This document shows, one piece after another, positions 21,462 to 34,985 of a stretch of 64,000 nucleotides of DNA. The translations under genes and the position numbers were made by a program. Positions within the stretch are counted from its first letter, which is position 1. Each line of letters starts with the position of its first letter. The stretch lies in contig QPGO01000189.1 in assembly GCA_008632985.1 (NCBI GenBank), positions 1 to 64,000 of the forward strand, read 5' to 3'. This DNA comes from Psammoneis japonica (Eukaryota). The notes under the pieces were generated by a model. The model ran no database searches, was not told the DNA's origin, and saw nothing but the letters and a program-made list of their open reading frames with translations.

Positions 21462-24400
21462 TCAGGTTCCTGAACCACGTTGTTTTTCGTCCCTTTTGCG
21501 CTGTCTTCTGGCGGCTTTCAGCATTGCCTTGCACGAGCGTTTTGATGCCCTCAATGACTTCAATCCGCGTTGATCTCCGCTGTCGCTGCTGCTGTCGCCA
21601 CTGCTGTCGCTACTTCCAGGGTTGACAGGCATGCTCTGTGAGGCACAAAACCGTCCGCAGCCATTCGTGTATCCCGTTAACACAATCTCTGCTGATTCCT
21701 TGTGAAGAAAGAAAACGTTGGCGGCAACACTAGCTTTCGAAGTGCCTGCAGAAGCATTGTCCAAATTCACGTGCAAGCCAAGGTCTCCAGCGCGAAAGGG
21801 AACGCCCCACGCCATTGCGCCTTTGCCATCAATGTTCTCCAAGACACATGGTGCATCTGTCAACGGAGACGCCTCTGTTCCTGTAATGCCACAATGAAGG
21901 CTGGCACAATCAATGACGCTCACCTTGTGTTCATCAGAAGACATGATGGTCACCCAAATTGTTTTTTCAGCGTTCAGATGAGAAAGCGTTCCCATTGACG
22001 ATAAGGCGATTTCCATGCTGACCGGCACTGTGGGTTGCATGCTGGGGAGCGCAGATGGAAAGCTGCCAGGCTGAACACTGGGTTCAAACGATGGTTTGTC
22101 ACTTGGCATCGATGACGGCTGCTCGCTCGGCGCCAGAGATGGCATCGAAGATGGCTGCTCACCAGGTCTAATGGATGGTGAACTTGAAGGATTTGCACTG
22201 GGCCTTGACGATGGATCACTCGAAGGGACATCACTCGGCACCGATGACGGCTGCTCGCTAGGCGCCAGAGATGGCATTGAAGACGGCGTCAAAGACGGCT
22301 GCTCGCTGGGCCCAAGAGACGGTGAACTTGAAGGATTGGCACTGGGCATTGACGACGGTGCTCTCGAAGGGGTGTCACTTGGCACTGATGACGGCTGCTC
22401 GCTAGGCACAAGAGATGGCATTGAAGACGGCGTCGAAGACGGCTGCTCGCTAGGTGCCAAAGACGGCATTGAAGATGGCGTCAAAGACGGCTGCTCGCTA
22501 GGCCTAAGAGATGGTGAACTCGAAGGATTGGCACTGGGCACTGACGAGGGTTCACTCGAAGGGACATCACTTGGCATGGATGATGGCTGCTCACCAGGCG
22601 CTAGAGATGGCATCGAAGACGGCCGCACACTAGGCCCAAGAGATGGAGAACTTGAAGGAGTGGCACTGGGCACTGACGAGGGCACACTCGAAGGGACATC
22701 ACTTGGCATCGACGACGGCTGCTCGCTGGGCGCCAGAGATGGCATTGAAGACGGCTGCTCGCCAGGCCCAAGAGACGGTGAACTTGAAGGATTGGAACTG
22801 GGCCTAAAAGATGGTAAACTCGAAGGCGTGACACTGGGTGCTGGCGAGGGTCCACTCGATGGCGCCCCGAGTGCAATAATGTTGAAAGCACGTGTTGCTT
22901 CGTTGTCGCTTAAATCTTTCACAGCGACAGTCGCATTCGCACTGCCGACAGGGAAGGAGTCGCCAGACTTGTGGCTGAATGTCCATGCGAGTTTTTCGTT
23001 AGGACAGCAACCATCCGAAGCTGTCGGGGAAACGTAACGTTCTTTCCCCAAGGTCCGTCCTCTTCAACCTCAATGTCGTCTGGGCAAAACAGAATGGGAG
23101 GAGTTTGATCAGCGACATTGACCGTGAAATTGCACCATTCCGAATTTTTCCACGTATCCGTGGCGGTAGCACGCACGGTTGTACTGCCTAACGGAAATGC
23201 AGTTCCAGAACTGTGGGTCATTCCCACAACAGGACTGGCATCGCATGTGTCGGTCGCCTTCGCATCGTTAAAATATACAGTCGCCCCTTGGTTACCAAAG
23301 CACTCCTCTTCAATATTTGGAGGACATTCAATGTCGGGTTTCGTTGTGTCCGTAACAAAGACATCTATTTTGCATGATCTTTTGTTGTTGCTCCCATCCG
23401 CAGCGGTGGCGGTGACCCTAGTTGGGACAACAACAACGCGATTCCTCATTTTCTCCCTCAGAGATAGATTGAAGAAGTCACCAGACGCATGGCTCGACGA
23501 CAATTGAAGGTCGGTGCCACAGCACGTGTCGTTGGCCGTTACTTCATCTTCATCAGAAAAAAAACGTTTGCACCTCCCGCTGTGTCACACTCTCTCGTGA
23601 TGCTGGTGGGGCAGGAAATCGTCGGCTTGGTTTGATCAACAATGTCCACCTGGAAGCTGCACGAGTTTGAGTTTCCAGATTTATCAGTGGCATTCGCCGT
23701 AACGGTCGTCATCCCTAACGTGAACTCCGTGCCAGATTCTTCGTCCGTAACTACGTCTAGACTGTCACTGCAGTCATCAGTCGCCTCAATGTCAAACTCT
23801 ACTCTAGCTTTTCCGTTTTTCTTGCACTCCACTTTGACATCCGAACACCTCACATGAGGCTTCGTCGTGTCTGTCACATCGACACTGAATTCACATGCGC
23901 CTTCGTTGCTGCTCCCATCCATTGCCTTGGCTTGCACCAAAGTCTGACCGACAGGAAAGAAGGCGCCAGATGCATGGCTCAGCATCAAATTACTAACTGC
24001 GCCATGACAAGTGTCGGAGGCCGAAATGTCAAATGTCACGTTCGACCCTCCTGTTTGGTCGCATTCTTTCTCCACTGTGCCACTCGGGCAGACCAGACTG
24101 GGGGGAGTCGTGTCAACTACTTCAACACAATTTCACAAGTGTTCGAATTTCCGCAGGGATCGATGGCGACTGCCACCGTGTTCGATTTTCCCAGCAAAAA
24201 GGTGTCATTCAGAATCGTCAAAGCAACTGCATTGGCAGCTTTGAAACACTCTTCCTCTGTTGATGGATGCTCACAGCCTGAGTTTGGCAAGGGTTTAGGA
24301 GCGCTCATTGAGTGGTTACATTCCAACTGCCAGGTGCCAGTGGGACAAAGATTGAGGTGGTGTGCTGTCGACAACTTTGACGGAGATATCTTTCCGATTC

Positions 24401-27400
24401 CAATTTCCCGCGTAGTCAGACACATTGTGCCATGTGTCAAATTGTTGCACCAAACAAGTCGAGTCGTTGTCAGGCAGATTCGGCGGAATCTGAGGATCAA
24501 GGGGCTTTGACCCGCTGTACATGACGGTGCGGGTTGTCTGGAAGCATGGATCATTGTCCAAGGCAACAGTTTGGTTGTCATCTGGAGGGTTCAGAGTGTC
24601 GAGGAAAGTGCTGTTAAAAGAGCCACATTCCAGATGACGAGTTTCTTGAAGCCACTCAGCAAAAACTGGTTTCTCAAAGTCAGTCATCCACTCAAAGTCT
24701 GCTTGCAATGGGATTTTTGTCTGTTGAAAGACCAGAAAATCAGGGTCGACACACGTGTCATTGATTGGCGCCGGAGCACAAGAGCAGGACACCGCCGGAT
24801 TTTTCTGACAAGTCCACAGGCAACAGTCGCCCCATCGAACCCGTGCGTTTCATTGTTGAGATGTTTGTCACAAACCATTGCCAACGAGGGCATCGTCATC
24901 CGACTCACAATCATGACTCCGGAATGTTTTACATTCATTTCGAATGTTCAACAGGTCGCCGCATTCACCAGTGTGCTCCTTCGGAGTGCGGAGGCTACAA
25001 TCAGCAGGTGGGACATCAATGTTGTCAGGGTCGATGCATTCCAGGACCTCGCAGGTTGTGGCCAGCGCAAATGTGGTGGACACGGCTGTGATTGCGTCCT
25101 GCTCAAAGTCCGCCAGCAAATCAGCCTCCGTCTTGTCTGCGAAATAATCAGAGTGCCGCGCATAAACTGACTCGACTTGAACTCAGAAAGCATCTCTGCA
25201 AAGGCCTCGATCGATGTGTTGTCACCACCTCTTAATCTACATCCGCAGTTTGGAAGACACGACTTCTTGCAACAGTCCCCCATCGCACCCGCAAACCTTC
25301 GTGTTCCATGGCCCTTTATTGCAAAATCCATTTCCCAGTTCTGCTTCAGCTTCTGTTCTGTTGAAGCTTCCTGGCTGGGTGTGGCTCATGATGAGATTAA
25401 GGCATCTTCTCTCAAGCAGTCTAGAAGAGCGAACAGAGCCTGTGCGGAGCCTCCGATCTTGAACGACCTCATCACAAGCGTCCTCACCAGCCTTGACAAT
25501 GGAAAGCAAGTCCCATTTTACGACAGGCTCACATGCTTCAGACGAATTTGCCCCCACATCCGCTGTTGTCGTTTCGGTGGACACATGTGACAGCTCGTTT
25601 CATTTGTGCTACTGTGAACCAGCCGATGGGGCAGAACGCGCAGGTCGTTGCACCGAATTGAGTTCCATGTGAGCCTGGTTCGCACGGAATCGGCTCCGGA
25701 GTCGCGGGAGCATTTGCACAATGACCCGGCGGCACCTCATGCAGATGGAGGCGTTGAGATGCTCGCTTCCATGAGTGCCCACAGGGCAAGCCGTGTAGTT
25801 TGTGGCTCCTTGCTCGGCGGCAATGTGCCCGGGAGGCGGCGCGGAGCAGCTCAAAGATCCCGTTTCACTGCTGTACGTTCCCGCGTGGCACGCCTCACAC
25901 TCTGTCTGGCCTCGTTCGTCGATGCATTGACCAGCCGGGCATTCCATGCAGCTTGAGGAGGATGGACTTGGCTGGTGTTCACCCTTCTCACACTCCACAC
26001 AAAATTTCGCCCCTTCCCCACTGTGGCAGCCCGGGTGACACTCAGAGCAAGATTTCATTGTCTTATTTCTGTGCGTTCCAGCCGGGCATTCTTCACAGCG
26101 GCCCTCAGAATTCGGGAACAGCTCGTAGGGCTCAATGCACAGACAGCTGCAGTCAATTGCCCAGCTGTTGCCTGGACAATCAGGAACAGATCCAGTGCTT
26201 TGCGGAGAGAACATGCACAAATTTAGTTCAGAGCAGGTCACATTGGAAGTCACCTGATCAATGACATTCTCAAAGTCAAGACCACTGCCATGGAGCGCTC
26301 TTTCCTGAAACCAGAAAAGAAAAGGCAAACGGAAGTCAGACAATGCGAAAACGGCAAGGATGAAATCACACAATGCGCACCACTCGGACAAAGCGATCAA
26401 AGCCACAAGTCATTGCCGAGTCCTCTGGAGTCGCCGAACCACTGCTAAGCGCGTAGTCAAAGATGACAGCACGCTTGAAGCTCTTTTCTATCGGCTCCAT
26501 CACACATGCGTAGTCAATGTAGTGCGCGCGACACTTCTCTTCAAGTTGTGAAGGGTCACAATCCGTTCCATTGACTTCAACACACGCTGCCAGTGATGGC
26601 TTACACCGTTCACTGTATTGGTCGGCAGCTTCCTTGTAGCATGGGTGTGGATTGTCAAACTCGGGCAAGTACTTTGTCGACATCTGAAGATCGTCCAATC
26701 TACCAGATTCTGCTGCATCGAGAGCTTTAAGGTACATGTCTCGACGATGGCAACAGAGCCGCTGGATGCAATTGTTCGACGCCCACAGATAGTCCTTGCT
26801 CGCGAAAGAATCACTTTTCGACAAGTCATTCTCAAGTCGGCAGCTCGTCATCCAGACGGTTCTCGGGAAAGAACGGGAACTCCTGGATCTCAATGCCACC
26901 ATCCCGATAATTACCCTGCGATCACACCTGTTGACGTCATGGTTGACCTTTGTGCTGCCGTAGTCGTGATACCTCCGAACTCGTCGTCTGTGCCTGTCGG
27001 ACAATAACCTGGTATGGCGATTGTTGTGTGATGCAGCACTCGGGAGCTATTTCGTTAAAGGGAAGGGGGCCACTCCACGTCATGCGTGGGACTCCATACG
27101 TGCAAGTAGGGATCACCGATGCAGGCTCTTTTAAGTCTCTGTAGGTGCCATTTGCATGCGTCCTTCGCCTTCTAGATTTGGACGGACCCCTGGTAGGTTA
27201 ACTTCGCAACGCTCAAATCGACTTATGAAGTCTTCCCACGTGAAAGTGCAGGCGGGCAAAAAAGGAGTAACCCAAGAAAGCTAGAACTTTCACGATTCTC
27301 AACAACTGCCCAGTTTGCGGGCGTTAGCCCGTGATCGGTGTCGTCGTCAATGATCTTGGTTGTCGTGTCAAGTCTAGTACGAGCACCAACGACCTGATGG

Positions 27401-30011
27401 TTCACGCCAGCGTGCTTAAAAGCCTTGCCTGAATCAAACAGCATCTTCCACCCACAAAGACTCCACATGTTCAGCAAATGCTCGCCTTCTGGAAAGCTGT
27501 CTTTCATTTCATTCGAATCGTGTATGCATCCCAAGAGACAAGGGTCAAATGGTCCTGGAACCGCAATGGGTGGTCTGCGTCGACGTGGATCCTGAGTGCA
27601 TTGAAAGGGCTTGCCCCACCTGTGTGTTCGAACGAATTACCTTAACGAGAACACGATCACGCTTGGTTATCTGTTCGCGGATGACACTTGTGGAGGAGCC
27701 TCCCTACCAACTCGGTTGAAAGCATTCTTTCCGTTGACCTTAAATTCGTTATGTTTCTTGTCCTACCGTTGCCACTAACCACATCTGTGCGGAAGTATTC
27801 ATAACCCGGAGGCTTGATCTCTAGTCCAATGGCAGTCCCAACACTTTGTAGCTCAGGAGCCAGTTCATACGGAACGTCCAGGGGCCACAAAGATACTGAA
27901 TGGAGAATGTTCTGGGCGGGTAGTCCATGAGAGTTTTATAGCTGAGATCCGGCCAGGGCGTTCCTGTTTCGCAGGTTAGCTGTGCACTCGTCACGGGGCT
28001 GTTTAGTTGGACCTCACAATTGGTGCTGTTGCCGCATGGAAATCGGAGAGATCCTGTGAGCGACTTGCTACAATCACAATGAGTGTAAATCGCTTTAGTC
28101 ATGATGGGGAAAGTGCCAACATCACACGCAACGGAGATTGGATCGAAGCTCTTGTCCTCATTTACAACGGAAGTGCTGGATCCGGTAATTGCAGGACAGT
28201 CGTGCTTCACTCCAAGGTTCCGTGATCCAGGATCACCTGTGCCAAGCATGAAGGGATTGGCGACATCGCTCAGCGTTTTGAAGAGCTTCACGTTCATGCG
28301 CAGCTCATCCACAAAACCGGTGAAGTTCTAACGAAACATATTATGAGTGTGAGCACCAATCGGGGAGTGCGATGTCATGTGAACGTAAACGAACTTACGA
28401 GACCCAGATCGATCTTGAAGGCTTGAATATCCGTGTACTCTCCTATGTCGGAAACTTCTGCCAGGTCTGAAAGCGCCGATTCGAAATCATCAAAGGCCCC
28501 AAGTTGAACATCAAACAAATCTCCAAGAGGCAGCTTGTCAAGCAATGGTTGAAGCAGATCCCCACAAGATTCTCGAGCACATCACATGGCAAAGCCTTGC
28601 AGACTGTTTTCTCAACCTTGCTGAGCACACAACCAAATGGCTGTGGAGGTTTGCTGGGGATAAAGCTCCAAGAGCAAAGAAATTATGACAGAACGGATGC
28701 GAACAAGTTGGCAGATATCTCGAACGCCAGAGAACTGTCAAAGCTCAGCGAATGACTTGCACCAATCTTCCGAGGCCATTTGAGAGCCAGATCAATTTCA
28801 TCTACAACATCTGACATTTCGTCCATCACGTCCATGAAGTTCCTTCCAAAATCGACCAAGAAAAGTTCGAGCACATCCGGAAGGCCAAGACTCTGTACTG
28901 TGAGCTTGAACTCATCCTGAAATGTCTTCAATGCGTTTACAAATGCACCGATACATTCGTTGGCTGCTTCGAACTCGTCTTCGATCGCTGTGGCAGCACC
29001 ATCGAGACGATCGCGCGTTTGGCTATCTGCGTTGTCATGTGTTTCATCATGCTTGTTTTTCAACCAGACGATCTGCTCGTCAATGTCCACGTCTTGCAGA
29101 GCTCGAATGCCATCTTCAGCATCCTGGACGCCATCTTTGCAGACATTCCTCACATCACGAACTTCCGCGTTCAAATCAATGCAGTTAAGACACAGCCACC
29201 CTTTGTGGAATCCCAAAAGTAGCTTGGCCACTGTCACCAAATCATCCATTTTATCAAAAAAATCTTCGATCAGCCAGCGATACGGCTCAACCCTCACGCA
29301 ATGCAAATCTACCGAATCATTGATCTTATCCGTGACGTCATCCAGCTGCTTCATGCCCGAATAGAGGGCTTTCCCAATTACTTTTGCCGGGGCAAATGGC
29401 ATTTTTTGAAGTGCCTGAGAAAGCTGCTTGATTGAGCCCGTGGTCTGATGGTACTTCCTCGCAATCTTCGCGACGACGGGTCTGTTTGGATTGGCTCGAA
29501 GAAGCCACGATGCCACGTTCTTTGGAAAGTTCTTGACTTTTTTGATTGCCGCCTTTATCTTCTTGCACAGCGTGGCTGGTTTTTCTTTCTTTAAAGGGTC
29601 CTTGCCGCACATCTGAATGTAAAAGTCATTTATGAGCGTGAACCAGCCAGTTGGGTGGGCCAGTTTGATTGTGGAAATCAAAATTTCCTGGGGTCCAAGT
29701 TCTTCCGATGGTTGAAACACATTGTTGGCAAGGGTGAATTGCCTGAGAACCTCTCCTGCAATTCCGTTGATCTTTTTGTATTTCAGACACTTCGATGATC
29801 TGCTTGTGATGTTGCCGGCCGTTTTGTTGCCGTGCAGCACTTCCAACTCGGCTGCCGCTTCCGGCGCATCCAAATAATTAAGCTCGCACTCCGGGATGAG
29901 GGCAAGCAAAACATCAACTGTTTGCCCAGCAACGTGGGAAGGCTTGGCAAAAAAAATGACACCCAGCACCAAGAAGCTCAAGGCACGGGCTTTCTTCAAG
30001 CAGCAGAGCAT
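21462..30011 (-). CDS. Very large multi-exon secreted protein gene or pseudogene: signal peptide, helical N-terminus, GCC2/ephrin-receptor-like Cys repeats, multiple HYR domains, PSxxPS mucin-like repeats
   Basis: 28683..30011 begins with a hydrophobic signal. 25538..26406 has CPAGT(H), CEKGE(H)Q and CPAGQ(C) repeats. 22919..24581 has D.T.P.I.CP....SG..FP.G.T.V...A.D..GN...C.F.V.V HYR units. 21462..23051 has PSS/PSEQPS repeats. There are several frameshifts and the exon structure is not fully resolved. Confidence 0.78.
22080..22830 (-). repeat. Intragenic tandem repeats encoding PSSMPSLAPSEQPS.../PSANPSSSPS units
   Basis: Recurring gacggctgctcgct, ggcgccagagatggcat(c/t)gaagac and ggtgaacttgaaggattggcactggg units. 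Confidence 0.9.
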
Positions 30012-31744
30012 CGCGGCTTACGGCACTCGGCTTGCGGCTGCAGAGAAGAGATGGAAAGAACAGCTTGAGAACACATGGCGAAGAGCCAACACATGGCACA
30101 AACGAGATGCTGTGAACCGCAGGGACATCATCATGGCGGCTGATGGCTGTCGGTGGGAGGGAACGCCGCGGACAGGAGGGTTACCATGGCTACGAATCGT
30201 GGTGAATGGGCCAATGGGCCGTGTGGACGAGTGCGAGAGTGAGTGCCTGCGCGCGATGTGCGCGCGGCGACGATGCGCTCGCAAGGGGTGCGACGTGCGA
30301 CCACACCATTCGATTTTAAAAATCAAATCGATCAAGTCGGACAATTCAATTATGTCGGAAAAACTGTGCCGTTTGAGCAGTGTGGTGTGAAGAGACATTT
30401 CTCTTTTCCTGTCCAAATGACCGCTGAAAAACAACGCAATTGACATGATGCGACCGACGATCATGACGACACAAACGACAGAATGAAGCAGCGGGCTTCC
30501 AAACCATTCAAAGGCAAAAGACATGATGCCAACTGATGACTTCTCTGGTGCAGGAAAGCAGGTGGGGAAGCTGTCCCATGGCATGGCGCCCGTGGAGGGG
30601 ATGACTGGATGAACACGCGTGTGGTGGTGGAGTTCATTTTTGTTGTTGACACTGCACAAGAATCGCTGCGAAAAGATGCAACGAGATGGCTGGATGCACA
30701 CACGTGTTACGAAAGCATAGAAAAGAGTTTGACTTGCCTTCGCGCTTCGCGGTGGCAGTGTGTCTGCCATTTGTTCTTCTTTCGCAACCTCGGGAATGTG
30801 GCGATTTCAAAATTGTTGTGAGTCGAGATGTCGGGATTTTTTCTGGATCTGTCTCTGCGGTGACTTTCGCATAAAACAAGCAGGGCCACACAGGCCTGCA
30901 GATGAGCATGCCAGATGCACCTGCCGTTCAGCAAGTTTTGCGTGAGCTCCCGGAACCAGGGTTCGCATTCGTCTTCTTCAATGGTCATCGTTGCAATCTT
31001 GCCATCCCTGGTTAAAATCTTATGTCAAAAGCAACCAAAACAAATACAATGACATTGCAAAATGTCTCCAGGCACATGTCTTGGAAGGTCTTCCTCACAA
31101 GAGACATCATGCTCCATCTTCTTCAAAGGCAATTATTGCAATCTTGCAATGCAACAACAATGCATGGGCAGGTCGAATTCTTTTGAATGGTCATTCATGC
31201 AATTGTGTCCCCAGCAATCAACTTTGAACATCTCGGAAGGTCATTCTCAATGGGAGGTCATCCCCGCCCCATCCATGAACAAGCCAAACATTTGTCACAG
31301 CTGCCTGTTTTGCTGCAGGCTTTTCATCTTGTTGCTTCCCAGTCGCAGTGCAAATTGACACATCTGCTGCAAAAATGGTGGAGCAGCCTCCTGCAGCCAA
31401 CCAACCCAAGCCGCAAACTTGGCTGCTGCCAACGCGTGCTGCCAGGCCCGCCTGACCTGACAGGATGAGCCCGGGCTCTCAGCTGTGCCAGTTTGTCAAA
31501 GAGATCCCCACGGGGCATGTGCAAAAGCTGGGCTCTTTTCATTTGGGCCAACCATGCACAAAAACAACCAGCACGCATTGGGGGGGGGAGGAGAGCAGGG
31601 AGGGGGCGGCGGCTCTCTCCAGCTGTCTCTCTGGGTGGGGGATCCAGCAGCGCTGGAGTGCAGCAACAACATGTTTGATGCATTTCAGATGTGGGTGAGA
31701 ATCTGTGCAACATCAGGCCAACGGCATTGTTGTGTGTGTGAGCC

Positions 31745-32337
31745 CTGCAGCAAGTTTGTTGGTGGTGATGAAAATGACATCGCCAACAGAAAAAAGGCAA
31801 TTTTGCAAGTGCACAAACTCGCCCATGAATGAAACACATTCTCATTTCTTGTTTGCTCCAGTGCACTTTTCAGACATTGAAAAATGCGCTCAGTGCGTTG
31901 TTGTTCCTGCAAGTGCATTGAACAAAAAGTCCTGGGTTTCACAAAGGAGGGAGTCATTGGAGCAATTCTGGGGAAGAGCACGTGCAAAAACGTCTGTGTG
32001 AAACATGCGGCGCATGACAAAAAATGATGGCTGTGTCACATGCCAGCACTGCAAGCACCCACCCAGGGTGGAGCACATTGTTTTTTGACTGTGTTGTGTG
32101 CCACACAAAACTGTGAAATTTTGGGTTTGCTTTGTGTCAGTTTGCAGCACAGCACCATCAGGCTGTCTGCTCACAAAACAACTTTCAAGAAGCAGCTCTC
32201 TTTTGCAAGGACATGCTCTTTGGCATCTGCAGAGAAGCTTGAGTGTGGAGAGGTGCAGCAGCACTGCAAAATTGCCTCTTTTTCTGTTGGCAATTGTTGA
32301 TTTGTTCATCATCACCTGGCTGACAATTTTGCTGCAG
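31745..32337. repeat. Degenerate inverted repeat (arms about 31745-31811 and 32262-32337), possible old MITE or foldback element
   Basis: The reverse complement of ctgcagcaag...ggtgatgaa...ccaacagaaaaaaggcaattttgcaagtg matches cactgcaaaattgcctctttttctgttgg...ttcatcatcacc...ttgctgcag. Confidence 0.65.
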
Positions 32338-34709
32338 AGAACTCCGGGGGGGGGGGGGGGGGCAACATCACAGGGCAGTTTGGTGATCAAGAGAAATCAC
32401 CTGTGCTTGATGCACATCATTTCTGCCATGCATGGGCATTTCCTTCAAAAATGAAGAAAACATCCAGCCTGTTTTTGTTCTCAGAAATGGCCAAATAAAA
32501 AATTCTGTTGACTCTCCACAACACAGGGCATGTGACACAATTTTGAAAAAAAGAGCACACACAGAAATGTGTGCATGCACCACACAGTGCATCATGGTCA
32601 ACAAACATTTTGTCACAGTCCAGTGCTGTGAGGTCTCACCTGGAGCTGCTGCAGTGTGTCGGGCAAGTTCTGCAGTGTCTGGCTTTTGCCATTGCAGAAA
32701 AAGCACACCAGCATGGGCACCACACTCGCCATTTGTGTCATGGTGCCCAGGCTCAGAACCACACCCTGCGAACTGCAAATGAGAAGTCAAAGTGGTGCAA
32801 GTGACTGTTTTTGAAACAACAGAAACATGTGCTTCCAATTTGAACAAATGGGGTCAGTGTGGAGCTGTGCAACAAAGCAAAGGAATGAGCAGTGCATGCA
32901 GCATGTGGCTGTTGTTTCCACTGTGGTGCTGTCAGCCTTTGCTGCCCCATGGCCATGTCCAAACTCTTGGCAGTTGCAGCACATGACTCCACCAGCAGCT
33001 TCTGTCATTTTTTGTCTGACTTGTGTGAGAGCCAACCTCTTGGGTGTCTTGACCTCAACCACAATTTCCATCATGCCCACAACCATGCTGATGGAAGGAG
33101 GGGAAGGCCCTGCTGGTGTTGCTGAGCCCAATCAACTCATTCAAAATGTCACTGCAGCAGCTGCAAAATCTGGCTGTGAAGGCATTCTTTCTAGCTGGTT
33201 TGAGTGACATCAAAAACTGAGGCACTTTCCAGAGAGTGTGAGAACTCTTTGATGGACCAAGGTCCAATGAAAAAGCACTGCATTTTTGCAGCAGGTCTTT
33301 GGCAAAAGTTTTGCTGCACAAAAATGCTGCCACCTCCTGTTTGTGGCAGCTCAGCAATTTGTTGTGAATGGGAACAATGCCAAGAACAATGCAACAACTG
33401 TGGAGACAGGAGCCACCCACACTGTTGAAGATGTCCATCACTGTGCAATGTCTCAAGCCAGCCATGGCCTTGATTGGCCAACACAGCAGCACACATGTCT
33501 GTCAAAAAACAAAGCCCTGAAATCTCTTTGGGAAAACAGCCTGTTGTGGTGTTTGGTCATCAGAGCTCTTTTTTCCTCCACTCCCCAATGCTGTTGTGAG
33601 ATTGTGGCTGCACTTGTAAGATTTGCTCCCTTCCAGAGCAAGTGGTGAGAATGAGACACCACCCATGTTTTCTCAGAGAGCCAAAAACTCCAGTTCATAA
33701 CATGGTGGATGTCTTGGCATTTCAACTCAGCAGCAAGCTCTCTCAACCAAAGATGGCAAATGGCCCATGCTTGGTGTCATTTTTCCCAGTCTTGCTCTGC
33801 TTTTTGCCCAGTTTGGGCCTGATTTCTCTGCTGTCTAGAACACAGATGACAGACAATGCCGTGTTGCTGACCACAAAAAAGAAACAATGAGGCCTCACTC
33901 TGAGTGTGCTGAGCATGCATGAAAAGCATTTGAGCAGAAAAAGAGGCCAGAGAAAGACTTGTTTGTGCTTGACAAGATGGCCAAATTGCTTGTGCTGCTC
34001 AACTTTGCTGCTCTGGAATGGACAAAAGGACCTTTTTCTTTGTCACCACATCTCGCCCCACAAGTCTTTGCCTTGTTCACAGAGCAGGTCAGAGGCAACT
34101 CTTGAAAGTTCTCTCTTTGATGTCTTCTGCAAGAGCTGGGGCTGATGGCCCTGGCAGCAGGGAGACAAACTGTGGCACTCAGATTTTGGAAGGTGCTTTT
34201 TTGAACTTCCATCTCTGCTGTGCTCCACAATTCCCCAACAATGTGAAACATGCCAGCACTGGTGCCGTGTGCTGGCTGCCGCTGTTCACAACCAACTCTT
34301 CCTCTTCCGCTGGGCTTGCAAGTGCAGGGGGGGAGCAGGGGGTGGCACATTTGTCTGGAGCACATGGATTGTGAGACACTGATGCCAGCTCTCAAGTGCT
34401 GCACAACATGTGGGGCCAATGCAGCATGCACCATGTGCGGCAGCACTGCAGCACTCACCAAAAACTGGGCCCCAGCCCTTTTTTGTCAGGGGGGATTTCC
34501 CAGTTTGTTGCAAAGTTCTCCCCCTGTGCTTGCAAGCCCACCTCTGCTCCTCCTCCAGCACTCAGGATCCAAGTGAACATGCATGGTTTGTGCAGCCTGG
34601 CTGCCTGTCAGGTTGAGTCATCAGCCAGCCATTCTTTGGGTTCTCTTTGTGACCATTGGAGTCATTTGCAGCACTCACTTTGTTGCAAGGATGACTGCTC
34701 TTTGCCCTT

Positions 34710-34985
34710 TTGCACACTCCTTCCATCCCAAGACAAGGTCAGGCTTGCTGAATCTGTTTGCTTTGCTTGCCATCAGAGCTGAAACTCATTTTGTGTTCTG
34801 GGCAAAGCTGCGCACTGCCCCCCATGGGACAGAAAGCTGTTTGCCTGATGCCACCTGATGGTGGCACTGAGAGGGAAGGATTGCAGGGTCATGTGACATG
34901 AAAAAATCATGAGAAAACATCAATTTGAGTGACCCCAGCATGCACACATTTGCACGTCCCATGTTTTGTTCTGCGCACAAAAGCA
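34710..34985 (+). repeat. Dispersed repeat, copy 2 (partner at about 14640-14940)
   Basis: Same ordered blocks as copy 1. Confidence 0.8.

Noticed and set aside
22080..22830. Regular repeats resembling a CRISPR array, and antisense ORF 22096..23037
   Set aside because: These are coding Pro/Ser tandem repeats with no unique spacers; the plus-strand ORF is their antisense shadow.
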